Source: Deltaproteobacteria bacterium
Lineage (GTDB): Bacteria; Myxococcota_A; Polyangia; Fen-1088
Length of the DNA: 64,000 bases
Direction: 5' to 3'
NCBI GenBank assembly: GCA_033763315.1
Contig: JANRKS010000005.1
Location: forward strand, 32,001-96,000
A program made the translations under genes and the position numbers. A model generated the notes under the pieces. The model was not told where the DNA came from and ran no database searches. It worked only from the letters and a program-made list of their open reading frames with translations. This document shows positions 1-10,856 of the stretch, piece by piece (the first letter of the stretch is position 1; every line of letters starts with the position of its first letter).

Positions 1-693
1 GCGTTTCTCAAGCGCCTGCGAACCCACGCGAGCCCGCACGTGCGTCGCTGGGTGAGCGAGGGATCCCGCCCTCGCTTGCCGTGGGGTTTGCGGCTGCAGG
101 CGTTCATCAAAGATCCAACCCCGGTGTTAGGTCTGATCACGCCACTGCGGGCCGATCCTTCGCTGTACGTACGCAACTCGGTGGCCAACAACCTCAACGA
201 CATAGCCAAGGATCATCCGGACATCGTGGTGGAAACGATGCGTTCGTGGCTGAGCGAAACCAAGAACACCCATGCTCCCTGGTTGGCCAAGCGGGCATTG
301 CGCCACCTGGTGAAGCAGGGTCACGCGGGCGCCTTGCAAACGTTAGGGTTTGGTGCGGGCACGCAAGCGAAACTTGTGGCGCTGCGCCTTGAGCGCCCGC
401 GGGTGAGGGTGGGCGACCACATCGAGTTCGAGGTCCTTCTGCGCGGACGTGCACCAGAGAAGGTGAATGTCGATTACGCAGTGACGTACCAGCTGGCCGC
501 CGGCAAAACAGGCCAAAAGGTTTTCAAGCTCAAGGTGCTTGACCTTAAGCAAGGTCAGACGGTTCTGTTGCGCAAACGGCATTCGCTCAAGCCCATCACC
601 ACGCGCCGTTACTACGCCGGAGAACACAGCATCACCATCTTGGCCAATGGCCAATCGCTCGGCAGCCTGAAGTTCGATTTGGCGTTGCGCTGA
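1..693 (+). CDS. DNA alkylation repair protein (AlkD-like HEAT fold), 5'-truncated by window edge
   Basis: Open frame from base 1; motifs HVRRWVSEGSRPRLPW, DPSLYVRNSVANNLNDIAKDHP and C-terminal TTRRYYAGEH are typical of this family. Confidence 0.85.
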   Translation, partial: AFLKRLRTHASPHVRRWVSEGSRPRLPWGLRLQAFIKDPTPVLGLITPLRADPSLYVRNSVANNLNDIAKDHPDIVVETMRSWLSETKNTHAPWLAKRALRHLVKQGHAGALQTLGFGAGTQAKLVALRLERPRVRVGDHIEFEVLLRGRAPEKVNVDYAVTYQLAAGKTGQKVFKLKVLDLKQGQTVLLRKRHSLKPITTRRYYAGEHSITILANGQSLGSLKFDLALR

Positions 694-883
694 AGTGAGG
701 TGGCACCCCATATGCCACAAGCCCTGCGGGGCGGTTCAGAGAAAAGCAGCACTCCATCCACAGGCTCATGAAGGGACAGCAATGCGCCTGTGTCTCGCTG
801 CGCTATGACGAGCCACCCCGCACACATCGGCAGCCTGCCCCCATATATGTTGCCGCACGACTCGTGCTTAGCGAGCCCCCACG

Positions 884-3100
884 CTAGAAGTTCACGTCAC
901 CGTCCACCACGACTGGAGCGGCCTTGATCAAGGACTCAACTTCGCTGAAGATCTTGAGCGCACCGGTGACCAAAACCGTCGCGTTGTCCCGATTGCGCGG
1001 GTTGGCTTTGGCCCATTCCGCGCGCTCAAGCGCCGCCGCCATTTGCTGAGCCGGCGCACGCACCTGATCAAGGTGTCCGAGCAGTTTCGTCTTCACAGCG
1101 ACAGGCGAGCCTTTTTGCAGCAGGTCGCGTTGCAAATAGGCGAACATGAGCGCCACGTTGGCTCTTAGGAACAAGGAGGGGCCAAGGCGGGCGTCGTCGT
1201 CGTCGATGCGCGCGTTTGGATCCAACCCTTGTACGTCGGTCCAGTCGCCATGAAGCAACGGATGCACGGTCTTTGGCAAGCCGCGGCCCGTGGGCAACTT
1301 AGGCGTGCCCTTGTACTTCGCAAAATAGGCTTCTTGGTTTATCAGCCGGTGTGCGCTGAAAAACGGCTGCTGAATGTAGCGGTGCTCGAACGTGAACAGG
1401 TTCCAGTAGTGACCGTCAATCGTGGGGCCGCGGAAGTTCTCGGCCGTCAACAGCGTGTGATCCATCAGCTGGCCGAGGTACGCCCACGGGTCGCTTAACA
1501 CCTCGGTTTGCAAGTACGTAAGGCTCTTGTTGGGCTCGAGCTCTTCTCTCATGAACTCTGGCAGGCGCTTTAAGACCTCCGCGTCACACTCTTTGTTCGA
1601 GTAACAGGATGGTTCAGCGTTGTGCAGGCCTTGGTGGAAAAAAGGCCCGTAATCTTTGTTGAGTTCCGGGAAGGGCAGCGCGGGCAACTCGAGCCAACCG
1701 GGCTGCTTCGTCAACGCGAGACGGAAGAAGTGCGCCCCCGCCAACACGGACTGGTGCTTGAAAAGCAAGGTGTCTTCCATCCAGCCTTGCGCGTTGTAGG
1801 CAACCGAAAAGTTCGCGCTGATCTCGCGGCCGTGCGAGTCGGCTTTGCTCAGGATGGTCCCATCACTCATCGCTTCGTGAATCGCCGACAGATTCTGGAT
1901 CGTTGGATCCGCGATGTACTTGTCGTGCATCGCGTACCACGACGACGGGTTTTTGGGCACGCGGCCGCCCCCCGGCATCCAGTCATTGAAGCTGCGGTGC
2001 GCGGCGCCGTTGAAACTGTCTTCAGACCACCGGGGGAACGCCACGCCTACGGGCAACGTACGCAGGCTGACAGCTTCGATGGCGTCTGCGGCGGCCTTGG
2101 CTTCCGCGAGCGAGGTGATGGGCTTCGTGTAGATGGCAAGGTTGCGTTTCTCAAGCTCCTTGCCAAACGCAAGCTCGCGCTCGGCAAGTGTGTTGCCAGG
2201 CAAAGGTTCGCCACCGGGTTGGAACGGCCGCCACAACTTGCTGCACGGGTTCTTCACATCGTACTTGGCGCGCATCGCGTGCACGTAGTCGACGATGTCG
2301 AGTGCGTCTTCCGATGACACGTGTTGCAGGCCGCGGCGCAAAATGTCGTCGTCAGTGAACGCGATCGCCGCCAGTTCGATCGCATCGGGGCTGTGGCAGT
2401 TCACACAAGCCGTGCCGTACTTGTCGGGCTTGCGCAGCGCCACCAACCCCTTCTTCATGACTTCGGCTCGTTTGGCGTCCGTCCAATCCTTGGGGTGTGT
2501 GCGGCCCGTGTTGGCGGCCTGGCCGCTGCCCGTGGCGCCTTTGCGAAGCGTTGCGAAGTCGGCGGCGATCTCCGCATCGGTGATGGCCGTGGCATCGAAA
2601 GCGGGCATGTTTGTGCCCTTGCCGGCTCGCACGATGGCCTTGTATTGATCGACGGTAAGCGTGCCAGGAATGGCTGGGTAGCCAGGGCGACCCGCGCCTG
2701 CGGGACCATGGCAACCCGCGCAAGTGCTTGCAAAGCGGTAGGACAACGTCGCGCCGGCCGACTGAACCAACGTGTACGTGGGAGCCGCAACGGCGGGGCA
2801 ATCCAGCATGCCCTTGCCTACCACCGCGGCCGGGCCCGGTGCCTCCGTGGTCCCACCTACACCGTTGCCCCCGTTGGCTACGCTGCCCGCACCGCCGGTC
2901 CCGCCGAAGGAGGCGCCACCGCTGCCGGAGCCGCCTCGGCTTGATTCCCCGCCGCCGCCCCCGCCGCCATCGTCATCATTTGTGTTCGGATTCGTCGATC
3001 CAGACGTGCAGGCCCAAGACAGCGCGACGACACCTAAAACAACATGGCGAGCAAATACATCCATAAACCGTTCTGCGAGGAGATCGCGAAAACGGCTCAA
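884..3100 (-). CDS. Large di-heme c-type cytochrome lipoprotein of unknown function
   Basis: Lipobox-like SWAC, Gly-rich linker, two CxxCH motifs (CAGCH, CVNCH); paralog of 16610..18748; start could be ATG at 3064. Confidence 0.75.
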   Translation of the reverse strand: MSRFRDLLAERFMDVFARHVVLGVVALSWACTSGSTNPNTNDDDGGGGGGGESSRGGSGSGGASFGGTGGAGSVANGGNGVGGTTEAPGPAAVVGKGMLDCPAVAAPTYTLVQSAGATLSYRFASTCAGCHGPAGAGRPGYPAIPGTLTVDQYKAIVRAGKGTNMPAFDATAITDAEIAADFATLRKGATGSGQAANTGRTHPKDWTDAKRAEVMKKGLVALRKPDKYGTACVNCHSPDAIELAAIAFTDDDILRRGLQHVSSEDALDIVDYVHAMRAKYDVKNPCSKLWRPFQPGGEPLPGNTLAERELAFGKELEKRNLAIYTKPITSLAEAKAAADAIEAVSLRTLPVGVAFPRWSEDSFNGAAHRSFNDWMPGGGRVPKNPSSWYAMHDKYIADPTIQNLSAIHEAMSDGTILSKADSHGREISANFSVAYNAQGWMEDTLLFKHQSVLAGAHFFRLALTKQPGWLELPALPFPELNKDYGPFFHQGLHNAEPSCYSNKECDAEVLKRLPEFMREELEPNKSLTYLQTEVLSDPWAYLGQLMDHTLLTAENFRGPTIDGHYWNLFTFEHRYIQQPFFSAHRLINQEAYFAKYKGTPKLPTGRGLPKTVHPLLHGDWTDVQGLDPNARIDDDDARLGPSLFLRANVALMFAYLQRDLLQKGSPVAVKTKLLGHLDQVRAPAQQMAAALERAEWAKANPRNRDNATVLVTGALKIFSEVESLIKAAPVVVDGDVNF

Positions 3101-3132
3101 AAAATCCTAATCCAACGCTCAGCGTTGAAGGT

Positions 3133-4623
3133 TCACGCCTCTGACGCCTTGAGAAACGGCAAAATGTCGCTTGCCTTTTCCTTCACCCCTGAAACGTAGG
3201 TGTTGTCGATGCGGGGGTAACCATAGCCCGCGGGGCCGTTGTTTTTGATCTTTTGAAACTCTGCCGCGGGCACACCTACAGCTTGCAGACACGTGGCCAG
3301 CATCTGCGAATAGAGCAAGCCGAAGAGGCGCGTGCCGGTTCCGATTTTGCGTCGGTAATCGCAATAGTTGCCGGTCTTCAAAAAGCCACCGGCAGAGCCC
3401 GCCATGATCACCGGGATGCTGCGCGAATCGTGTGTTTCTTCGGCGCACTCGTTCGTCCAGATGACCAGGCTGTTGTCGAGAACCGATTGCCCTGGCGCCT
3501 CTTCAACGTCCAGCTTCTTGATCAGATCCACAAAGCCATGGTGGAAAACCTTTTGGTTGGCCTCTTGTAGTTTCAACTGGGGGGCGGGGCTATTCCATTG
3601 GTGCGCAAAGTCTTGGTGCCAGCTGCCCGAAACCGAAACGAAGTCTTCTTCCTTCGTCCCAATCACGGCGATGCGGCTCGTACCGCATAGGAACGCCGCG
3701 GTGAAAACGTCGTTGAATGCGGCCTGGCGGGCAACCGCGCCCGAGGAACTCATGGGCCCCTTTTGATCTTTGCACGCCGCTAGGTTGCCCCCATTGCCCG
3801 AGCCTGTGTTCACGCGCCGGTCTAGTTCATCGAGCCGCGACACGTGGTCGTCCAACCTCTGTTTGTCGGCCGCAGACAAGCGGCGGTTGCTTTGTCTAAG
3901 GCTGCGGTAGTTCTGGATTACACGGTTGATGATCGGCGTTCGCTTGGGTGGCGGTGGCGTTGTGCCAGTGGTGGGCGGCACGAAAATGCGCGTAAACAAA
4001 TCGCCCGGGCTTTCGGCGTTGCGAATCGCCTGGATGGTGCCTGTCTGCGCGCTTGGGTTCGAATAGTTCCACGACACGGAGGAATGCAGGAAGTGGGTCA
4101 CCATCGAACGCTCTTTGATCCCGTCCAAGCTCTTGTAGAAGCTGGGCGACCACGCCATCACCTGGTCAATCGTGGGCATAGGAAAGGCCTGCACAGCTTG
4201 CCCCTCGCTACCATTTCCGTCGTTGCGCGCGAAGTTCCCCAGCATCCCTGTGTTGTGCGCAATGTAGAACGGAATATCCAAGCCGCGTAACACGTTCATC
4301 TTGGACACCAACCGATCCGTCAGGTTAGGCGACGTAAGCACGGTTGATAGGCCGCCGTTGGCAAGTTTCAGATTCCCTCGACGCACGACGTGGCCGGGGT
4401 GAACCTCAAGCGTTTCGTTCGCGGTGGCCTCGTTCGGGTACATGGCGCTTTCGCGGACGCCGCCGTGCATGCTTGTCATGGCAACGAAGCGAGGTGGACT
4501 GGCGAACACCAAATTGGCTGCGTACGCCTTGATAGGGTAAAGCGAGGGTAGGAAGGGTAACCCCAGCGTCATGCCCGCAGAGCCACGCAAGATCTGTCGC
4601 CGGCTGATAACAATCTTCTTCAT
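3133..4623 (-). CDS. DUF1552 family protein with Tat-like signal
   Basis: ISRRQILRG..LGLPFLPSL N-terminus, TIDQVMA, LSAADKQRLDDH, VLDNSLVIW..E, IPVIMAGSAGGFLKTG. Confidence 0.85.
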   Translation of the reverse strand: MKKIVISRRQILRGSAGMTLGLPFLPSLYPIKAYAANLVFASPPRFVAMTSMHGGVRESAMYPNEATANETLEVHPGHVVRRGNLKLANGGLSTVLTSPNLTDRLVSKMNVLRGLDIPFYIAHNTGMLGNFARNDGNGSEGQAVQAFPMPTIDQVMAWSPSFYKSLDGIKERSMVTHFLHSSVSWNYSNPSAQTGTIQAIRNAESPGDLFTRIFVPPTTGTTPPPPKRTPIINRVIQNYRSLRQSNRRLSAADKQRLDDHVSRLDELDRRVNTGSGNGGNLAACKDQKGPMSSSGAVARQAAFNDVFTAAFLCGTSRIAVIGTKEEDFVSVSGSWHQDFAHQWNSPAPQLKLQEANQKVFHHGFVDLIKKLDVEEAPGQSVLDNSLVIWTNECAEETHDSRSIPVIMAGSAGGFLKTGNYCDYRRKIGTGTRLFGLLYSQMLATCLQAVGVPAAEFQKIKNNGPAGYGYPRIDNTYVSGVKEKASDILPFLKASEA

Positions 4624-4770
4624 GCTCGCCCCTTTAGAAATGCTTAGGTGGGTGGCCTCGCTGAGAAAGAGCGTCGCGAGCCACGTCTAATACTGACGCT
4701 AGCAATGCGTCTCTAACAGCTTAGGTTCATTCATGAATGCGCTTGCCCATGCGCGCTTGCCGCCGATCCG

Positions 4771-4802
4771 GTTGAGCCTATTCGGATCCGAATAGGCTCA
4801 AC
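4771..4802. repeat. Perfect 32-bp palindrome
   Basis: gttgagcctattcgga|tccgaataggctcaac, no loop, intergenic. Confidence 0.9.
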
Positions 4803-5065
4803 GGACGGTTCAGGCGGCTCGTCACGATCGCCATTAGGCGGCTGGCGTGCAAGACGACAAAGATCGCCTGTTTGGCGGCGGATTTCGGCATGTCGGCGCC
4901 CCCGATCGGCCTTTGACCTGACAGAGCGATCGTGGAGATCTTTTGTATTCGCTGGGAGAAGTGTTCGTCAGGTTCAAACCTGTCGAAGCGCCGCCGGAGA
5001 ATTTGCCCGGCGCCATCGTCCGCTGCATGGATGAATGAGACGCGGGCTTTTACGCTTGCAATGAG

Positions 5066-5773
5066 CTACGCCGCGCGCGCGATGTGATTCAGCTTCGCAT
5101 CCAGCGAGAACCGATAGAAGCCCCGCAGTTCGGCCAGCATGTCCGTGGTCTTTTCATGCACCAGGTAGCGCTTGTGCAACGCATGGGCATACGCGTTCGC
5201 AGCCCGATGCGCGGTGACATACCGATCGTGTTCTTCGGCGCTCAAGTCATTCGCAAAGTGCGGCTCGTCAAACAACAGCGACCGGACGCGCGGCGCATTT
5301 TGATGGTGATCGTTCGCCATCAGCAAGCACGTGACAAACTTATCCACCTCGGCTTGCAGCTCCAGCTCAAGCGCTGACACGGAACGTTCACCAGCGGCGC
5401 ACACAGCCACGTAAATGAAGTGGCTTACGCCTTCGACCGCCAAGCAGAAGTCGTTGAAGTTCTGCGGCACCAAGCCTTGCGCCGGATCGTGGCGCTGCAG
5501 GTTGTTCAAAGCTTGGGCGTCCACGAACAACGCCATCTTCAATTCGTCGTTTGATTCTTCGATGAGCAATTGTTCGCGGGGGCGCCGAGCCGTGCCGTGG
5601 CTGCCACTGCTGCCAGCCAAAGCGCGGGCGCGCGCCGCTTCGTCCACAACGAACGCTTGCACGTCGAGGTTCGTTTGCACACGGTAAAGCGATTCGAGCC
5701 CACGTTGCAGCCGGCCGAGTACGGAGCCTGTGTCGTTGTTGTGGGCTGCGTCTTCGGTGATCGGTTGCTTCAT
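5066..5773 (-). CDS. Conserved hypothetical protein
   Basis: Clean ORF; motif EGVSHF..VSALELELQAEVDKF; ATG at 5773 just after the upstream stop. Confidence 0.7.
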   Translation of the reverse strand: MKQPITEDAAHNNDTGSVLGRLQRGLESLYRVQTNLDVQAFVVDEAARARALAGSSGSHGTARRPREQLLIEESNDELKMALFVDAQALNNLQRHDPAQGLVPQNFNDFCLAVEGVSHFIYVAVCAAGERSVSALELELQAEVDKFVTCLLMANDHHQNAPRVRSLLFDEPHFANDLSAEEHDRYVTAHRAANAYAHALHKRYLVHEKTTDMLAELRGFYRFSLDAKLNHIARAA

Positions 5774-5778
5774 GACGT

Positions 5779-6354
5779 TTAATGCAGTTTCTTGCCGCCG
5801 CCGTCGTTCACGGTGACGCCCAGTTTTGTGAGCCGCGATTTGGCCCATGAGCTGCCCGTGCGCTGCCAGCGCTCGTACAGCTTCAAGATGTCTTGCGGGC
5901 TGGTCTGCTCGCACAGCATTTCGCTGATCGCTGAAAGCACGCGCACAAAACGTGGGAAGTTGCTGGAAAGCGAACCGAACACCTCGTTGAGGTGATCGCT
6001 TGTGCCTCGCGGGGTGCTGCGGGCCAGCTCCGCATAAGCGGATTCGCCCATGCCGATGTAATAGTCCACATCCACCACGCTGCGGGCCAGGCTTTCAGAC
6101 CAGAAGCCCGACACGTAAAGTGAGGTGTCGCCGATGTCGCGCAATTCGTTGCGGCGCTGGTGGGGGGCCAGATCCACCGCCTGCAGCATCCGCAACGCCA
6201 GCGGTTTATCGGTGATGGGGGTGCATGCGTATCCGGCCAACAGCACCACCAAATAGTGCTCGGTCATCGGGTCCGCGCTGATTCCTTCACGCTTGAGCGC
6301 CCGGTCGATGTGGGCGGCAAAGAAGCTTTCCAGAGAATCACTCAAATCCATCAT
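5779..6354 (-). CDS. Conserved hypothetical protein
   Basis: Motifs LRDIGDTSLYVSGFW, VDVDYYIGMG, LYERW; AGGAGG RBS upstream; divergent from groES. Confidence 0.75.
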   Translation of the reverse strand: MMDLSDSLESFFAAHIDRALKREGISADPMTEHYLVVLLAGYACTPITDKPLALRMLQAVDLAPHQRRNELRDIGDTSLYVSGFWSESLARSVVDVDYYIGMGESAYAELARSTPRGTSDHLNEVFGSLSSNFPRFVRVLSAISEMLCEQTSPQDILKLYERWQRTGSSWAKSRLTKLGVTVNDGGGKKLH

Positions 6355-6470
6355 TGGCCTCCTCGGACGTGCCTATTTAGTCGTTAACTGCCCTTCCTTA
6401 ATCTGTAACAAACATCGACGCGGAAACAAGAAAACTTAAGTGATATCAAATAGATACGCCAAGGAAACAA

Positions 6471-6497
6471 TTGGCATCACGGTGCCGAGAGTGCCAG
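6471..6497. promoter_or_regulatory. CIRCE-like (HrcA) operator 1
   Basis: ttggcatca-N9-gagtgccag versus consensus TTAGCACTC-N9-GAGTGCTAA, upstream of groES. Confidence 0.65.
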
Positions 6498-6515
6498 CTG
6501 GGGCGTTACAACTGG

Positions 6516-6543
6516 TTGACGGCGGCAGACTTGTGATTACAGT
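6516..6543 (+). promoter_or_regulatory. Putative sigma70 promoter of groESL
   Basis: TTGACG-N16-TACAGT between the two CIRCE elements. Confidence 0.5.
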
Positions 6544-6549
6544 TTGCGC

Positions 6550-6576
6550 TTGGCAGTCTGCCTGCCCGAGTGCCAA
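6550..6576. promoter_or_regulatory. CIRCE (HrcA) operator 2
   Basis: ttggcagtc-N9-gagtgccaa about 40 bp before the groES start. Confidence 0.85.
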
Positions 6577-6615
6577 CGAGTGGCATTTAGGGTTTGCCCC
6601 ACCGGAGGAGAGAAA

Positions 6616-6906
6616 ATGAAAGTTCGGCCTTTGTATGACCGCGTGCTGGTCCGTCGCATTGCTGAGGAAGAGAAGACCAAGGGCGGGATCATCATTCCCG
6701 ATTCGGCAAAAGAGAAGCCCGCCGAGGCTGAGGTCGTTGCGGTTGGCAACGGCAAGATCACCGAGAAGGGCGACCTGCGGAAGCTGGAAGTGAAGAAGGG
6801 TGATCGCATCCTCTTCGGCAAGTACAGCGGCAACGAAATCAAGATTGACGGGACTGAGCACTTGATTCTGCGCGAGGACGAGATCCTTGGCGTGATCGAG
6901 AAATAA
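6616..6906 (+). CDS. groES: Co-chaperonin GroES
   Basis: [38 protein letters not shown]; GGAGGAG RBS. Confidence 0.98.
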   Translation: MKVRPLYDRVLVRRIAEEEKTKGGIIIPDSAKEKPAEAEVVAVGNGKITEKGDLRKLEVKKGDRILFGKYSGNEIKIDGTEHLILREDEILGVIEK

Positions 6907-8568
<1,662 letters not shown>

Positions 8569-8603
8569 GATCTAAGGCGCTCGCAAGGGCGCGTTGGATG
8601 TGC

Positions 8604-8640
8604 AAAACGGCGAGTGGCCTTCGGGTGGCTCGCCGTTTTT
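8604..8640 (+). terminator. Intrinsic terminator after groEL
   Basis: aaaacggcgag...ctcgccgttttt stem with T-tract, preceded by a GCAA-loop hairpin at about 8570-8599. Confidence 0.85.
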
Positions 8641-8711
8641 GCGTGTTGCCAGCGCAATCGCTGTAAATCGACGGACCGCGCGGAGCGCAGTTTGCCGGCG
8701 CAGCGGGAACG

Positions 8712-9110
8712 ATGCTGCTGGCGCTGATGAAGAAGCCCAGTTGGTACGACCTGCCCGCGCTGCCGTTCCCCGAGTTGCCTTACGCGATGGGGCCGTTCTT
8801 CGAGCAGGGCCTCAGCAATTCCGAGCCTGCTTGCTACTCGAACGAAGAGTGCAACAAGGAGATCACGGCGCGTCTGCCGCAGTTCATGAAGGAAGAGTTC
8901 CCGCCCAGCATGACGGTGACAAAAATGGCAGCTGGACGTGCTGAGTGACCCTTGGGCGTACTTAGGGCAGCTTCAGGACCAAACTTTGATCACCGCAGAA
9001 AACTATCGTGGTCCACCCAGGATGCCCACTACTGGAACCTGTTCACGTTCGAGCACAAGATGTTCCAGCAGCCCTTGTTCTCGGCGCACCGATTGATCAC
9101 CGAGCAGGCG
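8712..9110 (+). pseudogene. Frameshifted internal fragment of a third di-heme cytochrome paralog
   Basis: LPALPFPEL..GPFF.QGL.N.EP.CYSN.EC and HYWNLFTFEH..QQP.FSAHRLI match the C-terminal half of 884..3100 across different frames. Confidence 0.85.
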
Positions 9111-9241
9111 GTTAGAAGCAAAAAAGCAGAGTAAAACGGGGAATACATCCGTAGGCGACGCGTTCCCGGCGGCAAATCAGATCAAATGCCGTACATTCGA
9201 TTAATCGGACCGTACGAGTTCGTGCACAATGGTTGCGGTTC

Positions 9242-10630
9242 ATGAACACCGCAAAAACTCCCAAACGTCTTTTGTTAGGTACAGGGTTGAAGCTGGTTCG
9301 GGTGTCGTGGCGCGACGTCTGGATCTTGGTGCTGCCGATCATGGCACTCAGCCTGGGCGCGGCGTGGCTGGTCATAAAGTTCGTGCGGCCCGCTCCGCCC
9401 AACCGCATTCGGCTGCTGAGCGGCCCCGAAGGCAGCACGTTCCGACGTCATGCCGAGCGCTACAAGAAGAGCATCGAAGCGCATGGAGTGAAGGTGGAAC
9501 TTCTCAACAGCCGTGGCGCCGATGAAAACCTGGACCAGCTGCGGGACCCGAAAGCCCACGTTGATGTGGGCTTGGTGCAAAGCGGCCTGTTTGAGGAGGG
9601 AGAAGATACCAAAGGGCTGGTGTCGCTTGGCAGCCTGTTCCCGCAGCCCTTGATGGTTTATCACCGCTTGCCGAACCCAAGCACGATCGAACGCCTCACG
9701 CAGCTGTCGGGAAAGCGCATCGCGGTTGGCCCCGAGGGCAGCGGCACACGCGCGTTGGCGATGAAGCTGCTTGCGCTCAACGAGGTTGACAAGGCATCAA
9801 CGGTGTTTGTGGCCTTGGGTGGAGCTGACGCTGCAAAGGCATTGCTTGCGGGCGAGGTCGATGCGGCATTCTTAACCAGCGACACGGCGACACGCGAAGT
9901 GTTCCGTCAGTTGCGCGCGGCCCCCGGAGTTGAATTGATGAACTTTCGGCAAGCGGGTGGCTACGCCAGGCGTTTGCGCTATCTGTCGCGGTTGAAGCTG
10001 CCCGAAGGGGCGTTGGACATTGCGCAGAACGATCCGCCGCATGACTATGATCTTGTGGCCACAACGGTGGAGATGATCGCGCGGCCCGATCTGCATCCCG
10101 CGCTCTCCGATCTTCTGATCAGCGCCGCGCGCGAAGTTCATTCGCCGCCCAGCGTTTTTCGCGAAGCGGGAGAATATCCATCGCCTCAGGCGCACGACTT
10201 CCCGCTCAGTGAAGATGCCGAGCGGTATTACAAAACGGGCGCCAAATTGCTTTACAAGAGTTTGCCGTTTTGGTTGGCGAGCCTGCTTGATCGTTTGGTG
10301 GTGGTGGTGGTGCCGCTGCTGGTGATTATCGTGCCCGCCACGCGCATCGTTCCAAGCCTTTACCGCTGGCGCATCCGTTCACGCATCTACCGCTGGTATG
10401 GCGTTTTGTTGGCCATCGAACGTGAATTGTTGGGCAAGCCAACACAAGAACAGCGCTTGGGTCTGCTGCAAAGGTTGGATGAAATTGAAGACGCGGTGAA
10501 CGAGGTGAAGACGCCGCTTTCGTTCGCGGATCAACTGTATGTGTTGCGAGAGCACGTGACCTTGGTGCGCCACCGCCTTGAATCGCCGGGCCACGCCGAG
10601 CGTGGGCAGCACCTTAGCGCAAAGGCTTAG
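9242..10630 (+). CDS. TAXI-type TRAP solute-binding protein with C-terminal membrane extension
   Basis: SGPEGS, DVGLVQSG, GKRIAVGPEGSGT, LPFWLASLLDR, YRWRIRSRIYRWYG. Confidence 0.85.
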   Translation: MNTAKTPKRLLLGTGLKLVRVSWRDVWILVLPIMALSLGAAWLVIKFVRPAPPNRIRLLSGPEGSTFRRHAERYKKSIEAHGVKVELLNSRGADENLDQLRDPKAHVDVGLVQSGLFEEGEDTKGLVSLGSLFPQPLMVYHRLPNPSTIERLTQLSGKRIAVGPEGSGTRALAMKLLALNEVDKASTVFVALGGADAAKALLAGEVDAAFLTSDTATREVFRQLRAAPGVELMNFRQAGGYARRLRYLSRLKLPEGALDIAQNDPPHDYDLVATTVEMIARPDLHPALSDLLISAAREVHSPPSVFREAGEYPSPQAHDFPLSEDAERYYKTGAKLLYKSLPFWLASLLDRLVVVVVPLLVIIVPATRIVPSLYRWRIRSRIYRWYGVLLAIERELLGKPTQEQRLGLLQRLDEIEDAVNEVKTPLSFADQLYVLREHVTLVRHRLESPGHAERGQHLSAKA

Positions 10631-10672
10631 GGCCTCCAGGCTGTAGCGCCGTACAGTCCGTTTTGGTTCGGT

Positions 10673-10721
10673 CTTCTCGTTCATAGTCGCTCCCTATTTT
10701 TGCGACTGAACGCGTCCGGTT
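10673..10721. repeat. 49-bp junction element X, copy 1
   Basis: 46/49 identical to 33535-33583; internal inverted repeat agtcgc...gcgact. Confidence 0.9.
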
Positions 10722-10740
10722 TCAACTAGGGGCTACACCA

Positions 10741-10855
10741 TGGCGCTCGTTCGCTGCGTGAAGGAACTTGATAAGGTGGAAGAAGCGAACGACGAAGAGC
10801 GCGTTGGCGTGAACATCGTTCGTCGCGCCATCGAAGAACCCTGCCGCCAAATCTC
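10741..10855 (+). pseudogene. groEL: groEL remnant 1 (matches 8192-8306)
   Basis: 115 bp with 3 differences, all synonymous (ctt/ctc, gtg/gtt, cct/ccc). Confidence 0.95.
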
Positions 10856-10856
10856 C

